64,000 bases of DNA from Aplysia californica (lineage: Eukaryota): assembly GCF_000002075.1 (NCBI RefSeq), contig NW_004798101.1, forward strand, positions 62,001-126,000, read 5' to 3'. Positions 54,901 to 61,249 of the stretch are shown here, piece by piece. Within the stretch, counting starts at the first letter, position 1. Each line of letters starts with the position of its first letter. The notes beneath the pieces were generated by a model. The model did no database searches. It worked only from the letters and a program-made list of their open reading frames with translations, and was not told the origin of the DNA. The position numbers were made by a program, and so were the translations under genes.

Positions 54901-55675
54901 GATGTGCTCATAGACAAGCACATTAGCACACCTTACCCTGCCACAAAAGAAATAGTTGTTAAATTTCTTTGAAATGTGGGCGGTTGTTGGCAAAGCAGGA
55001 ACAAACCATCATTATACATGACCTACTATCACTTACCAAGCTGGATGTGTCCATATTTGACCAATTTGTTCAAAATGGCAGTGATGATGAGGCCCAAAAC
55101 TCTACTGTTGTAGTATGTCAAATAGATCGTCCATGCCTGGGCAGCCACTATGGCGATAAGCATCCAGTACACAGTGGACTGTGGCAGTTCATTGTCCAAC
55201 CTAGATGTGTTACAAAGAGAGAATTCCAAATAAAAAGACAACCGGTATATGCCACTGCAATAAAACACCCCCCCAAAATAACCCAAAAAATTATTTTGAC
55301 CAGCCTGCAAAGAAATTTACTCTGTTCCAGATCAATGATCAGCAGACCTTCCAAAACTGAAAGTTATGCTTATAAAACAACTACTAGAATATCACACAGA
55401 TCAGCCAAAATGGCCGAAGTAAAAATATTTACAAAACTATTTTTACTTTGTTAAGACAGCAACATTCTAAAGCAATTTTTTTTGCATTTTCAGCTATTAG
55501 AGTAACTAGTATTAAGAGCATAATATGTCGGAGGAATTTCAATTCAAACAGGTTTATACAGCCATGCTCCTCAAAAAAACTTTACATTACAATTTTATAT
55601 ATCTTTTGAGCATTCAAAAAATTGGCTTGAAGATTCTCACCTATCAAATATTGATTCGTTATTGGATGCCTTCAT
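416..55675 (-). CDS. BLTP1: Bridge-like lipid transfer protein 1 (KIAA1109/Tweek/LPD-3 orthologue), 5' part, 48 coding exons, continues beyond the left edge
   Basis: The spliced peptide has recognisable BLTP1 blocks: N-terminal TM helix followed by YYNSRVLG, SFSFSILSGKVMFRDV, FEFHVYNRSQVY, WRDLVPV, EPPRYMGEGF, YGPWVDRQR, WKFFYPADY, LSGLQVRGHAMFS, TLEYGWLIE, TKRLWFLW, CGCLGGC. All 47 introns are GT-AG with matching phases. Total 9037 nt. Confidence 0.95.
1205..1535 (-). mobile_element. Older copy of the CORE-like SINE
   Basis: Reverse complement shares TTGTGTCCTT..GGCACTTT..AAATTTTCCTCACTT..CAGGTG with the 39600 copy; degenerate tRNA head; GTAAAGCGC..GAG tail. Confidence 0.75.
1943..2095 (-). 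CDS. BLTP1: BLTP1 coding exon 47
   Basis: Open frame, CAG/GTATG, phases 1/1. Confidence 0.8.
2429..2689 (-). CDS. BLTP1: BLTP1 coding exon 46
   Basis: TPQCWRHLYQLLELYATMPEPKTV; phases 1/1. Confidence 0.9.
3206..3612 (-). mobile_element. Short non-tRNA retroposon, copy 1
   Basis: 11-bp TSD ACAAATTTTTG; collinear with 6830-7225; 3' tail shared with the SINE at 50577. Confidence 0.8.
3741..3951 (-). CDS. BLTP1: BLTP1 coding exon 45 (low complexity)
   Basis: Open frame, CAG/GTGAG, phases 0/1. Confidence 0.8.
4358..4533 (-). CDS. BLTP1: BLTP1 coding exon 44 (low complexity)
   Basis: Open frame, CAG/GTAAG, phases 1/0. Confidence 0.8.
5430..5637 (-). CDS. BLTP1: BLTP1 coding exon 43
   Basis: VLTMVGNVKETRGELK...; phases 0/1. 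Confidence 0.87.
5951..6022 (-). CDS. BLTP1: BLTP1 coding exon 42
   Basis: INLLVNCHAIRQNVDMALLRLAHQ; phases 0/0. Confidence 0.9.
6680..6797 (-). CDS. BLTP1: BLTP1 coding exon 41
   Basis: FDVNVSLKDVVDF...KPSTLQ; phases 2/0. Confidence 0.87.
6830..7225 (-). mobile_element. Short non-tRNA retroposon, copy 2
   Basis: Collinear with copy 1 and has the same C-run 5' end; possible TSD GTTGACA. Confidence 0.8.
8211..8455 (-). CDS. BLTP1: BLTP1 coding exon 40
   Basis: ILFKPVLQSLGL...AFQCE; phases 0/2. Confidence 0.9.
9251..9467 (-). CDS. BLTP1: BLTP1 coding exon 39
   Basis: EDLYQWMAKQQ...QLADAQ; phases 2/0. Confidence 0.9.
10654..10872 (-). CDS. BLTP1: BLTP1 coding exon 38 (not in ORF track)
   Basis: AKRGVGATDSP...HSILKNR; phases 2/2. 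Confidence 0.83.
11937..12277 (+). repeat. About 340-bp near-identical direct duplicate of 14234-14573
   Basis: Direct alignment, about 8 differences counted by eye. Confidence 0.92.
12424..12587 (-). CDS. BLTP1: BLTP1 coding exon 37
   Basis: AEGGITQRSG...DFHSAES...; the GTATGT donor gives the phase 2 needed downstream. Confidence 0.82.
13296..13439 (-). CDS. BLTP1: BLTP1 coding exon 36
   Basis: SRRSIRPYNVSF...; CAG/GTGAG; phases 0/0. Confidence 0.85.
14234..14573 (+). repeat. About 340-bp near-identical direct duplicate of 11937-12277
   Basis: Direct alignment. Confidence 0.92.
14664..14897 (-). CDS. BLTP1: BLTP1 coding exon 35
   Basis: LTPLSHTLQEDPSNQL...KGILALMRQWK; phases 0/0. Confidence 0.93.
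15370..15550 (-). CDS. BLTP1: BLTP1 coding exon 34
   Basis: LDWNLLSTASPAIDAWLNPSDRL; phases 2/0. Confidence 0.93.
16082..16793 (-). CDS. BLTP1: BLTP1 coding exon 33 (712 nt)
   Basis: GFIMCECGLEDV...LKTIWFNFASPP; the AAG acceptor was chosen because it alone gives the long frame in phase 1. Confidence 0.85.
17395..17639 (-). CDS. BLTP1: BLTP1 coding exon 32
   Basis: HIHVQLRRL...LLTAIPEQFSRVQF; phases 2/1. Confidence 0.9.
18325..18458 (-). CDS. BLTP1: BLTP1 coding exon 31 (not in ORF track)
   Basis: VAIDGAKEP...; CAG/GTAAG; bridges phase 0 to phase 2. Confidence 0.82.
19412..19564 (-). CDS. BLTP1: BLTP1 coding exon 30
   Basis: INICVLQASIVEEVI...VSLLAVCID; phases 0/0. Confidence 0.9.
20256..20478 (-). 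CDS. BLTP1: BLTP1 coding exon 29
   Basis: YVEAVTPTLSKLHPS...LPK; phases 2/0. Confidence 0.9.
20808..20945 (-). mobile_element. Related retroposon 3' end
   Basis: Same GCGCTCATATGACCTTATGCAGTTG.GAGCGCTGTAAAAC tail plus an AAAACT-type repeat; left end clear, right end approximate. Confidence 0.7.
21208..21313 (-). CDS. BLTP1: BLTP1 coding exon 28
   Basis: KTTAVVQLSGSLDVLVTPLLLEAWQR; phases 1/2. Confidence 0.9.
22721..22811 (-). CDS. BLTP1: BLTP1 coding exon 27 (not in ORF track)
   Basis: KPSPTSIAADLFNV...; needed to bridge phase 0 to phase 1. Confidence 0.8.
23309..23503 (-). CDS. BLTP1: BLTP1 coding exon 26 (not in ORF track)
   Basis: DWASTGP...WTPHFLKVKDGFSVNVMK; phases 0/0. Confidence 0.87.
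23673..24290. other. N runs (others at 13902-14034 and 33010-33163), probably masked simple repeat or gap
   Basis: TG-rich flanks and a 6-nt CATGTG island inside the run. Confidence 0.7.
24389..24816. mobile_element. MITE family copy 1 (copy 2 at 30560-30946, inverted end fragment at about 54318-54410)
   Basis: Shared TGGTGAAATCAGG, CTGAAACCAGGCGACCCCACC and AAAATTGACGA..CTGATTC..CATGACAC; the two ends are imperfect inverted repeats. Confidence 0.7.
25086..25399 (-). CDS. BLTP1: BLTP1 coding exon 25
   Basis: GFEADED...NLHSHMDLPITESPLLLSCYSQHL; AAG acceptor, GTGAG donor; phases 1/0. Confidence 0.85.
26397..26675 (-). CDS. BLTP1: BLTP1 coding exon 24 (Ser/Pro-rich)
   Basis: Open frame, CAG/GTAAG, phases 1/1. 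Confidence 0.85.
27180..27386 (-). CDS. BLTP1: BLTP1 coding exon 23 (low complexity)
   Basis: Open frame, CAG/GTGAG, phases 1/1; acceptor is a CAGTAG NAGNAG. Confidence 0.8.
28088..28286 (-). CDS. BLTP1: BLTP1 coding exon 22
   Basis: VCKDGSDPGFGQSLL...; phases 0/1. Confidence 0.88.
28649..28861 (-). CDS. BLTP1: BLTP1 coding exon 21
   Basis: QDRFLRLHDNKTKRLWFLW...CGCLGGCVFFG; phases 0/0. Confidence 0.93.
30048..30260 (-). CDS. BLTP1: BLTP1 coding exon 20
   Basis: VHPVRLAHCNLH...WLEAG; phases 0/0. Confidence 0.92.
30560..30946. mobile_element. MITE family copy 2, embedded in (TA)n/(CA)n microsatellite
   Basis: Collinear with 24389-24816. Confidence 0.7.
31994..32239 (-). CDS. BLTP1: BLTP1 coding exon 19
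   Basis: LQNIAEFLQ...CPSSEDVKYQMTR...LVESGSAL; phases 0/0. Confidence 0.92.
34690..34866 (-). CDS. BLTP1: BLTP1 coding exon 18
   Basis: HLRDGHLALSGLQVRGHAMFS...TLEYGWLIE; phases 0/0. Confidence 0.94.
35040..35272 (+). mobile_element. RTE-like LINE 3' fragment; a further tail fragment at about 35875-35930
   Basis: Similar to 48770-48953 (TCCACCTGGGAA..AGATCTGG..GCA.ATCTCAGG); GATGATGATG tail. Confidence 0.65.
35510..35647 (-). CDS. BLTP1: BLTP1 coding exon 17
   Basis: ...CP...ERLCFELDKSFKETKLQLLLSP; phases 0/0. Confidence 0.92.
36094..36288 (-). CDS. BLTP1: BLTP1 coding exon 16
   Basis: ENYLGEYQ...YRPFSVTVSVTLHDIQAHL; phases 0/0. Confidence 0.92.
36939..37299 (-). CDS. BLTP1: BLTP1 coding exon 15
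   Basis: NGWVDCWS...FDP...PSVLVLYGSLLRNLLHLK; phases 2/0. Confidence 0.92.
37785..37951 (-). CDS. BLTP1: BLTP1 coding exon 14
   Basis: GETAYCRLYLPESNT...WRNVTLK; phases 0/2. Confidence 0.9.
38811..38908 (-). CDS. BLTP1: BLTP1 coding exon 13 (not in ORF track)
   Basis: AHVAFCGELLDLCVTFDFSDFMP...; phases 1/0. Confidence 0.9.
39100..39394. mobile_element. TTAA-flanked MITE (Kolobok-like termini)
   Basis: TTAA-GGGGGCTCG ... CGAGCCCCC-TTAA. Confidence 0.72.
39600..39873 (+). mobile_element. tRNA-derived SINE with CORE-like domain
   Basis: A box TGGCCTAGTGG, B box GGTCCGAATCC, GTGTCCTTGGGAAAGGCACTT motif, (ATT)n tail, TSD ATTTCTG. Confidence 0.85.
40379..40534 (-). CDS. BLTP1: BLTP1 coding exon 12
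   Basis: DLIDDWSSKAAPDIYTFIPYTW...NWVDTSSQHQEN; phases 1/1. Confidence 0.93.
41413..41530 (-). CDS. BLTP1: BLTP1 coding exon 11 (not in ORF track)
   Basis: FDLSVGYPREWNACQEWYLDLTACKA...FFS; phases 0/1. Confidence 0.92.
42344..42514 (-). CDS. BLTP1: BLTP1 coding exon 10
   Basis: TQAIHMNAGKGSYVEVTIPW...; phases 0/0. Confidence 0.93.
42971..43127 (-). CDS. BLTP1: BLTP1 coding exon 9
   Basis: ELIWKFFYPADYQ...TIDILFTKNA; phases 2/0. Confidence 0.93.
44232..44373 (-). CDS. BLTP1: BLTP1 coding exon 8
   Basis: ...CGKNTDFNYGPWVDRQR; phases 1/2. Confidence 0.93.
44931..45010 (-). CDS. BLTP1: BLTP1 coding exon 7
   Basis: EPPRYMGEGFVV...DEP; phases 2/1. Confidence 0.93.
45633..47812 (+). mobile_element. 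Decayed Chapaev/N-RAG-TP-like DNA transposon
   Basis: Termini CACGGCTGTTC...GAACAGTCGTG, TIR similarity continuing through GCGnAGCACTTA, TTTT on both flanks, internal decayed Cys/His domain. Confidence 0.65.
46258..46600 (+). pseudogene. Frameshifted RAG1-N-terminal-like (Chapa-type) zinc-binding domain
   Basis: MEHTRELHL*VFKKLCRTC / LYHVNVEWDSADTHP / LCNKC / IWTPF...SCPL, spread over three frames with stops. Confidence 0.65.
48415..48953 (+). mobile_element. 5'-truncated decayed RTE-clade LINE end
   Basis: Peptide remnants YLGSVID.TGG..DVK..IGKA, IRIFN..VKS.LLY, KLQ.FVN.CLR and RP.STW; (GAT)n tail. Confidence 0.75.
49466..49659 (-). CDS. BLTP1: BLTP1 coding exon 6
   Basis: GRVIFGNYLMP...LVPSPKYNG; phases 0/2. 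Confidence 0.93.
50018..50075 (-). CDS. BLTP1: BLTP1 coding exon 5 (not in ORF track)
   Basis: LLDVHWRDLVPVTKIEISS; CAG/GTAAG; needed to bridge phase 2 to phase 0. Confidence 0.9.
50577..51104 (+). mobile_element. tRNA-derived SINE with Nin/Deu-like central domain
   Basis: A box TGGCCTAGAGG, B box GGTTCGAATCC, GCACGTTAAAGATCCC motif, A-rich tail, 11-bp TSD GAAAACAGCAC. Confidence 0.88.
51226..51391 (-). CDS. BLTP1: BLTP1 coding exon 4
   Basis: DLSHLKTR...FEFHVYNRSQVY; phases 1/2. Confidence 0.92.
51665..52572. mobile_element. Tc1/mariner-pogo type non-autonomous element
   Basis: TA-CAGTGAAACTCAGATA ... TATCAGAGTTTACTG-TA. Confidence 0.65.
52727..53389. mobile_element. piggyBac-type MITE
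   Basis: TTAA TSD; TIRs CTCTTTCCGGACGTA / TACGTCCGAAAAGAG (1 mismatch). Confidence 0.8.
53444..53587 (-). CDS. BLTP1: BLTP1 coding exon 3
   Basis: SFSFSILSGKVMFRDV...WLIFRWW; phases 1/1. Confidence 0.93.
54681..54770. mobile_element. Mini pogo/Tigger-like MITE; relatives at about 22868-23040 and 15737-15898
   Basis: TAGAGTCGAACC ... GGTTCGACTGTA; TACAGTCGAACC at 22868; shared GTCCAAGAC.GC.ACC.ATTG core between the two longer copies. Confidence 0.6.
55037..55200 (-). CDS. BLTP1: BLTP1 coding exon 2 (N-terminal transmembrane anchor)
   Basis: LDNELPQSTVYWMLIAIVAAQAWTIYLTYYNSRVLGLII...; TAG acceptor, GTAAG donor. Confidence 0.93.
55641..55675 (-). CDS. BLTP1: BLTP1 coding exon 1 (MKASNNESIFD-R); exon extends as 5' UTR to about 55886
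   Basis: CACCATGA Kozak-like start with an in-frame upstream TAA; AG|GTGAG donor; phase 2 matches the next exon. Confidence 0.75.
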
Positions 55676-57464
55676 GGTGATCCAATGGAAGTCCCAACAG
55701 CACCGGGCTTGCAACGTAGTTTTATCAACTTCAACAGAAAACGGCACTGACAAACTCCTCCAAAAAGGCAATTCTTAGTCCATTGCCTTTGTACATTGTA
55801 ATCAATTTACTTTGAAGTCACTTTCATCAACTGTTTCTTCCATTCCTCAGTTGAACCTTCAAATCCATCCATTGCCTTTTTTGCTACTGGAGACAAAAAA
55901 ATAAACATTCTTGAAGACACATCAATGTCTGTTTAGTTTGCCACTTCTCTATTTCCTGATAATTATTCACCTGCGGTGTAGCGATACCTACAGGGTACTT
56001 TTTAAATGTTAAAAAAATGTACTTTTCTACTAATATTTCACATAGAGAGATTACAATTGACACTTTTTGTTATGAATCACACATGGCACCAAAAGGTGGC
56101 AGAGGACAAAAGACAAAAAAAACACGATAATATTATGATTTGACAGAAAATGGCCGAAGTCTACAACTTTATAAAATAAATGTTAATGCCCAAGTTTTCA
56201 TTCATTTATTTTTGTTGTATCATAAAGTGAGTGTCTTATCACACAAGGCACAGTCAGGAATATCAAATCCATTAGACACTCAAAGGGTACTCAAACTAAA
56301 TTTTTTTAAGTTGCCAACACAGTTGTCTTCACCTTAGATCCTAGAGCTTAGGAGAAAGAAAAATTAAGGATCTTCCAATTGTGAGTCTCAAGAATTTAGT
56401 CGATCCCATGTGCTCCTCCTCTCAATCTCAACTGTCCAAAATCCCATCTAGTGCAAACATTGCACCCACCCAGAGAGATTTTAAACGGAGTTGCGATTGC
56501 ATTCATGAGCGTGTTTGACCTGTGACTCGAAGCGCAGTACAATGATTACAAATTTTATCTTCTTGGTTGATCAGCTTAGCATGCCTATGTTTTTGTTCAG
56601 TAAATTTCTGATATGAAATATGGCATCCGGGCCAATATTAGTCCCTTCAAAGCAGGATCTTACAGATGAATTCTGTATTGTAAATATTGTTTTCTTAAAA
56701 CAGCAGAATCTTTCGAAGAATCCGGATCACAGACTGTGGGATCTTAGGCAGAGACCACTGTACCTACGAGAAAACATTCCAGGGGTAATTTCCACAAGTG
56801 TCCATTAAACCAAGAGGCACCAAAATTGTGGACTATTGCATCACTTAAAATGTAGCTTTTTGATCAGGAGTTCAGAATCTCCCCATGTCCATCGCAAAAA
56901 AGGTAATCTCGGAGTGTGTCAAAGTAACTGAAGTGTTTCTTTCAACGTAAACAATCTCACTTGAGTTGCATTTTCACTTTAAAGAATCAGGCCAATTCAT
57001 CCATGTTGCCTTTAAGTTATTTATACCATGAAAAGCTTGTTACTCTCACACTCAGTGACCCAGTCCCATCAATGAACAGGGTGTCTCAAAAGTCACCAGA
57101 CTGTACTGCAGTGTGCTTGTATACACAAAATACGTCAGGTTGCATTGTTCCCAAAACAATTCATATATATCTATGTTGTTGAGAACAGAAAGAGAGTGTG
57201 ACGGCACTGCACAGCTCAGCCAATCAAAAACAAATGTAACTAACTAGAAAAAAATGCAGCTTGTGCTAATATTAATTAAATAATTGTGCACCCCCTAAAC
57301 TGAAGAAGTGGTAATGATATCCTACCATTTTCATTTGTCATTAAAACTCAGGCAGTCAGAATTGATTTCTCATATATTTTCCGGAACACCCATAATTAAA
57401 TTTGCACTATCATTTACAGTTCAATAAGTTTTTGTATCAATTGATTACTTTAGATCTAGATCTA

Positions 57465-58730
57465 GGTCACTCTTTTCCATGATAAGACACATTAGGACAC
57501 GATATGATATTGATAAGACACCAATAAAACACGATAAGACATGAAATGACACGAAAAGACATTCTATTTACCAAGAATTCCGAGTCACTACACAAGTAGT
57601 GAGCTAAATCAATTTGTATTAGTGTCTCAGTTTGAGTTACATTACGCTCCCTTTGGATCATGTGACCAAAAGTAATCAAACGTCTTCAGTCCCATGTTTC
57701 AGGATGGCAATTCTGATGCTGAAACATTTTTTAAAATATCTTCAACACCTGTCAGGTGCGTTAGGGGTGGAGAGCCGTTAAGTTTTCGGGAGCGACAAAG
57801 GGAGGGCTATACGGATTGCCATTAAAAGAGCATTTCCTCATGCTCAAAGAGTCGAGTGTACAGTCCATGCCAGGAAAAACTTTGATGCATTTCACAGAGA
57901 TAATGTGGGGATGCCTCAAAGACATCGAACATAGCTTGTGAATCAGGTTTTTGGACAAGGTGGTGTGGTGGCCAGGGAGACAGATTAGATCCCTCCGTCC
58001 TGGCAGATGTCCTACAACTACTCAGCAGTCAGAAGGGACAATGCTCAGGTTAGGCAGTATATATATGAGGAGGATGGAGTCGCTCTTGGTTGAGAATGCC
58101 ACCACAATGACCAAACCAGGTTTGATTGTCAACTCAGCTTGTGGGACAACAATCTAGCTGAAAGTGCCAATAATTTCCTGAGACAGAAGGTGGGCAGGCA
58201 GCAACAGAAGCTGCCAGACCTGTGCAATATTCTAAAGAGAGCAGTTGAGGCGCAGTTCCGTGAGCTGCGGAGGTCACTTGTTGGACTTGGGCACTACCAA
58301 CAGATTTGTGATTACCAGAGGTTTTTCATGGTTTCGGAGGTTTTCTTAAGAAAACACAGAAACAGTGTGATGCCCTTTTCAGGAATTTCATTGCGAAAGC
58401 AAAGGAGGGCCGTCTGGTCTAGTCCACCAGTGGAAACACCACAATGAGACAGCCAGCTCATCAGAGCAGAAAACCTGGCCAAGTGCAAAGACCAAGGACT
58501 GATCGTACAACTTGAAAGAAACGTGTTTGGTGTTACATTGAAACATTTTTGGCTGAACATTGAAATGTGTTGCGGTGAATATCAGCTAATAAACACATTA
58601 AACATACTTCCAAAGTGTCTTTTCGTGTTTTAGAACATGGTATTTCTTTTCATGTCTCATTAGTGTCTTATTGTTGTCTTAACGTTTCTTAAATTGTCTT
58701 AAAATGGTTTATCGTGGAAAATAGTGACTC
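57465..58730 (+). mobile_element. Internally deleted Mutator-like element (MULE)
   Basis: TIRs GGTCACTCTTTTCCATGATAA / TTATCGTGGAAAATAGTGACTC with AAGACAC-type subterminal repeats, 9-bp TSD CTAGATCTA, transposase remnant NNLAESANNFLR...LPDL...Q..ELRRSLVGLG at about 58140-58300. Confidence 0.8.
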
Positions 58731-59338
58731 CTAGATCTACCTGGAAATATTGTCCCTACCCTAGGGAGCCTGAAGACCCGGCGGTGAACAGCAGCCTTTA
58801 CATTAGTCTTAGAGACTGAGATCTAAATAAGACGAAGAAAAAGAAGATCTACCTCATTCACCATGCAAAGATCTAAGAGCAACATCGGGGAAGTAGACAA
58901 TGTGAATGCATTTTAAAAAGAAAGTGCATTGTAAAGGAAAATGATAATCTTGTTTTCGAAATTGACTCAGATTCTTGTCCAAAATAGTCAGTGACACAAT
59001 GCGCTGCAATTAAAAAATACGCTTTTAAGAGTCAAATTCTAATTTTTAAAAAGAACACACATAGAGATATCATCAATCATCATGTCTATTTTTAACTTGA
59101 CCAATATTACAAGGAAAAATTTGGAGGAAAACTGGACGGAAATGTGCATTTAATCACTCTGTGTCTGTGTCACTCTTACAGAAGAGAGTAAACTGGAACG
59201 ACATATAATAATAGATAGAATATTTATATAATGTCATTCTGGCTGATCGATACGATCTGAGTAAACTGAGTTAACATGAGCTCATAACCTCATATCATAG
59301 CTAGCTACAATAGTACGTAGTAAGTTGCATTCATTTAA

Positions 59339-59905
59339 GGAAGAGGCTAGCCGTACTTAATGACGGCTAGACTGGCAGTCTAGCCGTACTTAAGTACGGC
59401 TAGACTCGCAGTCTAGCCGTACTTATTCTTAATATGATGGCTAGACTGACCATTTAACAAAAAATAGGCCTACTGAATTGTAAATATACTTTTTTAGTGT
59501 GCAGTACCTAAAGTATTTGTATTTGAGACGAAACCAGGTGCCTAAATGACAGTGCATGTATTTTAAACCTCCTGTTTTCTAATGTTAATAGGGCCTAAGA
59601 TAAGTACGGCTAGACTGTCAGGCTAGCCGTACTTAATATTGATGGCTAAATTGTAAATGAAATATTTAGTTTGCAATGCCTAAAGTATTTGTATTTCAGA
59701 CAAAACAAAAAGGTGCCTTACTGACTTGCATGTATTTGAACCTGAATAATTACTAGATCTAGATCTAATGAGACCTGTGTACTTAACAGGCTTGAGTCGA
59801 TAGGGCCAAACCTAGATCTAAGTACGGCTAGACTTGCAGTCTAGCCGTACTTAAGTACGGCTAGACTCTCAGTCTAGCCGTACTTAAGTACGGCTAGCCA
59901 CTTCG
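59339..59905. mobile_element. Foldback/Mutator-type MITE built from palindromic arrays
   Basis: 9-bp TSD TTCATTTAA; termini GGAAGAGGCTAGCCGTACTTAA / TTAAGTACGGCTAGCCACTTCG; repeated palindrome AGTCTAGCCGTACTTAAGTACGGCTAGACT. Confidence 0.8.
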
Positions 59906-60042
59906 TTCATTTAATTGTCAAAAGATTGGTTGGACTCACAATCCTACTAAACAATACCACTACTACTGTACTCTCAACTGAGTCATGGATGATACAGGGC
60001 TGATAGCAAGGGGCAACTTGGCCACTACTACATACTTTTATT

Positions 60043-60410
60043 GGGCAATCTCTGGTTTTGGCCCCAAGAGTCTGAAGAGCACTAGAAAGAATGTAAATCT
60101 TAGTCTATACTGACTTTAATACTCAGTACTGTATTCCATAATTGATGTTTGGCAATTAGGTTTGACATTTTCTCTCGCTCGCCTCGCGTCAAGCATCTTA
60201 TCGGCACGCACAGCGAAAAGTAATCGTTTCGAACCAGAAGTATAGCATAGCATGTGTGTGTGTGTGCGCGCGCATGTGTGTACGTGGTGAAACATCAAAC
60301 CAATGCCAATAATGTGCCAGGATCTGGACAATAAAGATGTATCTTATCTTATTATCATAAATTTAAAACGCTCGGTGGAGCCACCATTGGGGCCAAAACC
60401 GGATAACCCC
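60043..60410. mobile_element. Probable MITE
   Basis: Inverted repeat GGTTTTGGCCCCAA / TTGGGGCCAAAACC with GGG...CCC ends; TSD unclear. Confidence 0.5.
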
Positions 60411-60768
60411 TTAGTATGCATGCTAGGTTAAACACAACAAATCTAACATTTCAATCAAGGAAAAGATCTCGATTCTCTAGATCTAGATTTTCTAGATTAG
60501 ATCTCTAAGTCTAAGCCTAAAAAGCTTGTTTTGAATTAATTAGTTGTGCACCCCGCCCCCTGAACTGATGAAAAGATAAGCATTTACACTACCTACTGTA
60601 GAGGAATAGAAGATTAGCAGTAGCAGGAAAAGATAAGTCCTTTCTAAAAGTAATAAAAGAGACATTTAAATGAAATGTAGGCCAAGTCTGGCTCTTTTGA
60701 GACGACTACTATTGGTCTGCTAGAGATTTAGCGACTATAAAGACAGCTTCCATTTTATTTCAGCTCAC

Positions 60769-60950
60769 CATTGACAAAGGAGTAAGTGATCTTCATGAAA
60801 ACACCCTCCCTTAAACAGGAAATTTTAACATGATTTGGAACTGTAGATCAACAAAAATACAAGGGCCTCAAACAATCAATTGATTCAACACAGTCACAGC
60901 ATTAGGATTGTTTGAGTTAAAATCTTGGCCTAATGAAAGATCACAATACA
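60769..60950 (-). other. Putative non-coding first exon of BLTP1 (5' boundary approximate)
   Basis: ATG|GTGAGC donor at 60769/60768, just downstream of the ETS motif; the exon ending at 55886 has a good acceptor and needs an upstream partner. Confidence 0.45.
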
Positions 60951-60959
60951 CACAATACT

Positions 60960-61245
60960 CATTCGACCCGGAAGTAAATGTAAACAAAAAGTAGGCGTTC
61001 CTGACAAACAACCTAACTGCCAATAATAAGAAACAAAAGATTGAATTTGAGCAGTGATTTTAGCTTTATAGCATTTATACTCCTGAAACGACTGTTAAGT
61101 ATATATTTTCCTGTTAGTCTTATAAATCAATGCTTCGTTTGTAAATTTGAGTCAACCAGTTGGGAAAAAGATTTTTTTTCTTTCTTGTACGTGCCACCAT
61201 AATATTATTATTTTACATTTTACATTACATCAAGCAAATGGCGAC
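60960..61245. promoter_or_regulatory. Putative bidirectional housekeeping promoter
   Basis: CCGGAAGT (ETS-type) at 60968-60975 and AAATGGCG (YY1-type) at 61236-61243, between two outward-facing splice donors. Confidence 0.5.
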
Positions 61246-61249
61246 TGCT
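61238..61249 (+). CDS. Putative first coding micro-segment (MATA) of an unidentified divergent gene
   Basis: GCAAATGGCG start context immediately followed by a consensus GTGAGT donor; no downstream exon recognised in the window. Confidence 0.45.

Noticed and set aside
416-55675. U12-type introns or intronic snoRNAs
   Set aside because: No donor matches RTATCCTT, and no convincing C/D box pair with a terminal stem was seen by eye. An Infernal/Rfam scan would be needed to exclude them.
59339-59905. CRISPR-like array
   Set aside because: Eukaryotic context, 3-4 nt spacers, TSD-bounded, and no cas genes.
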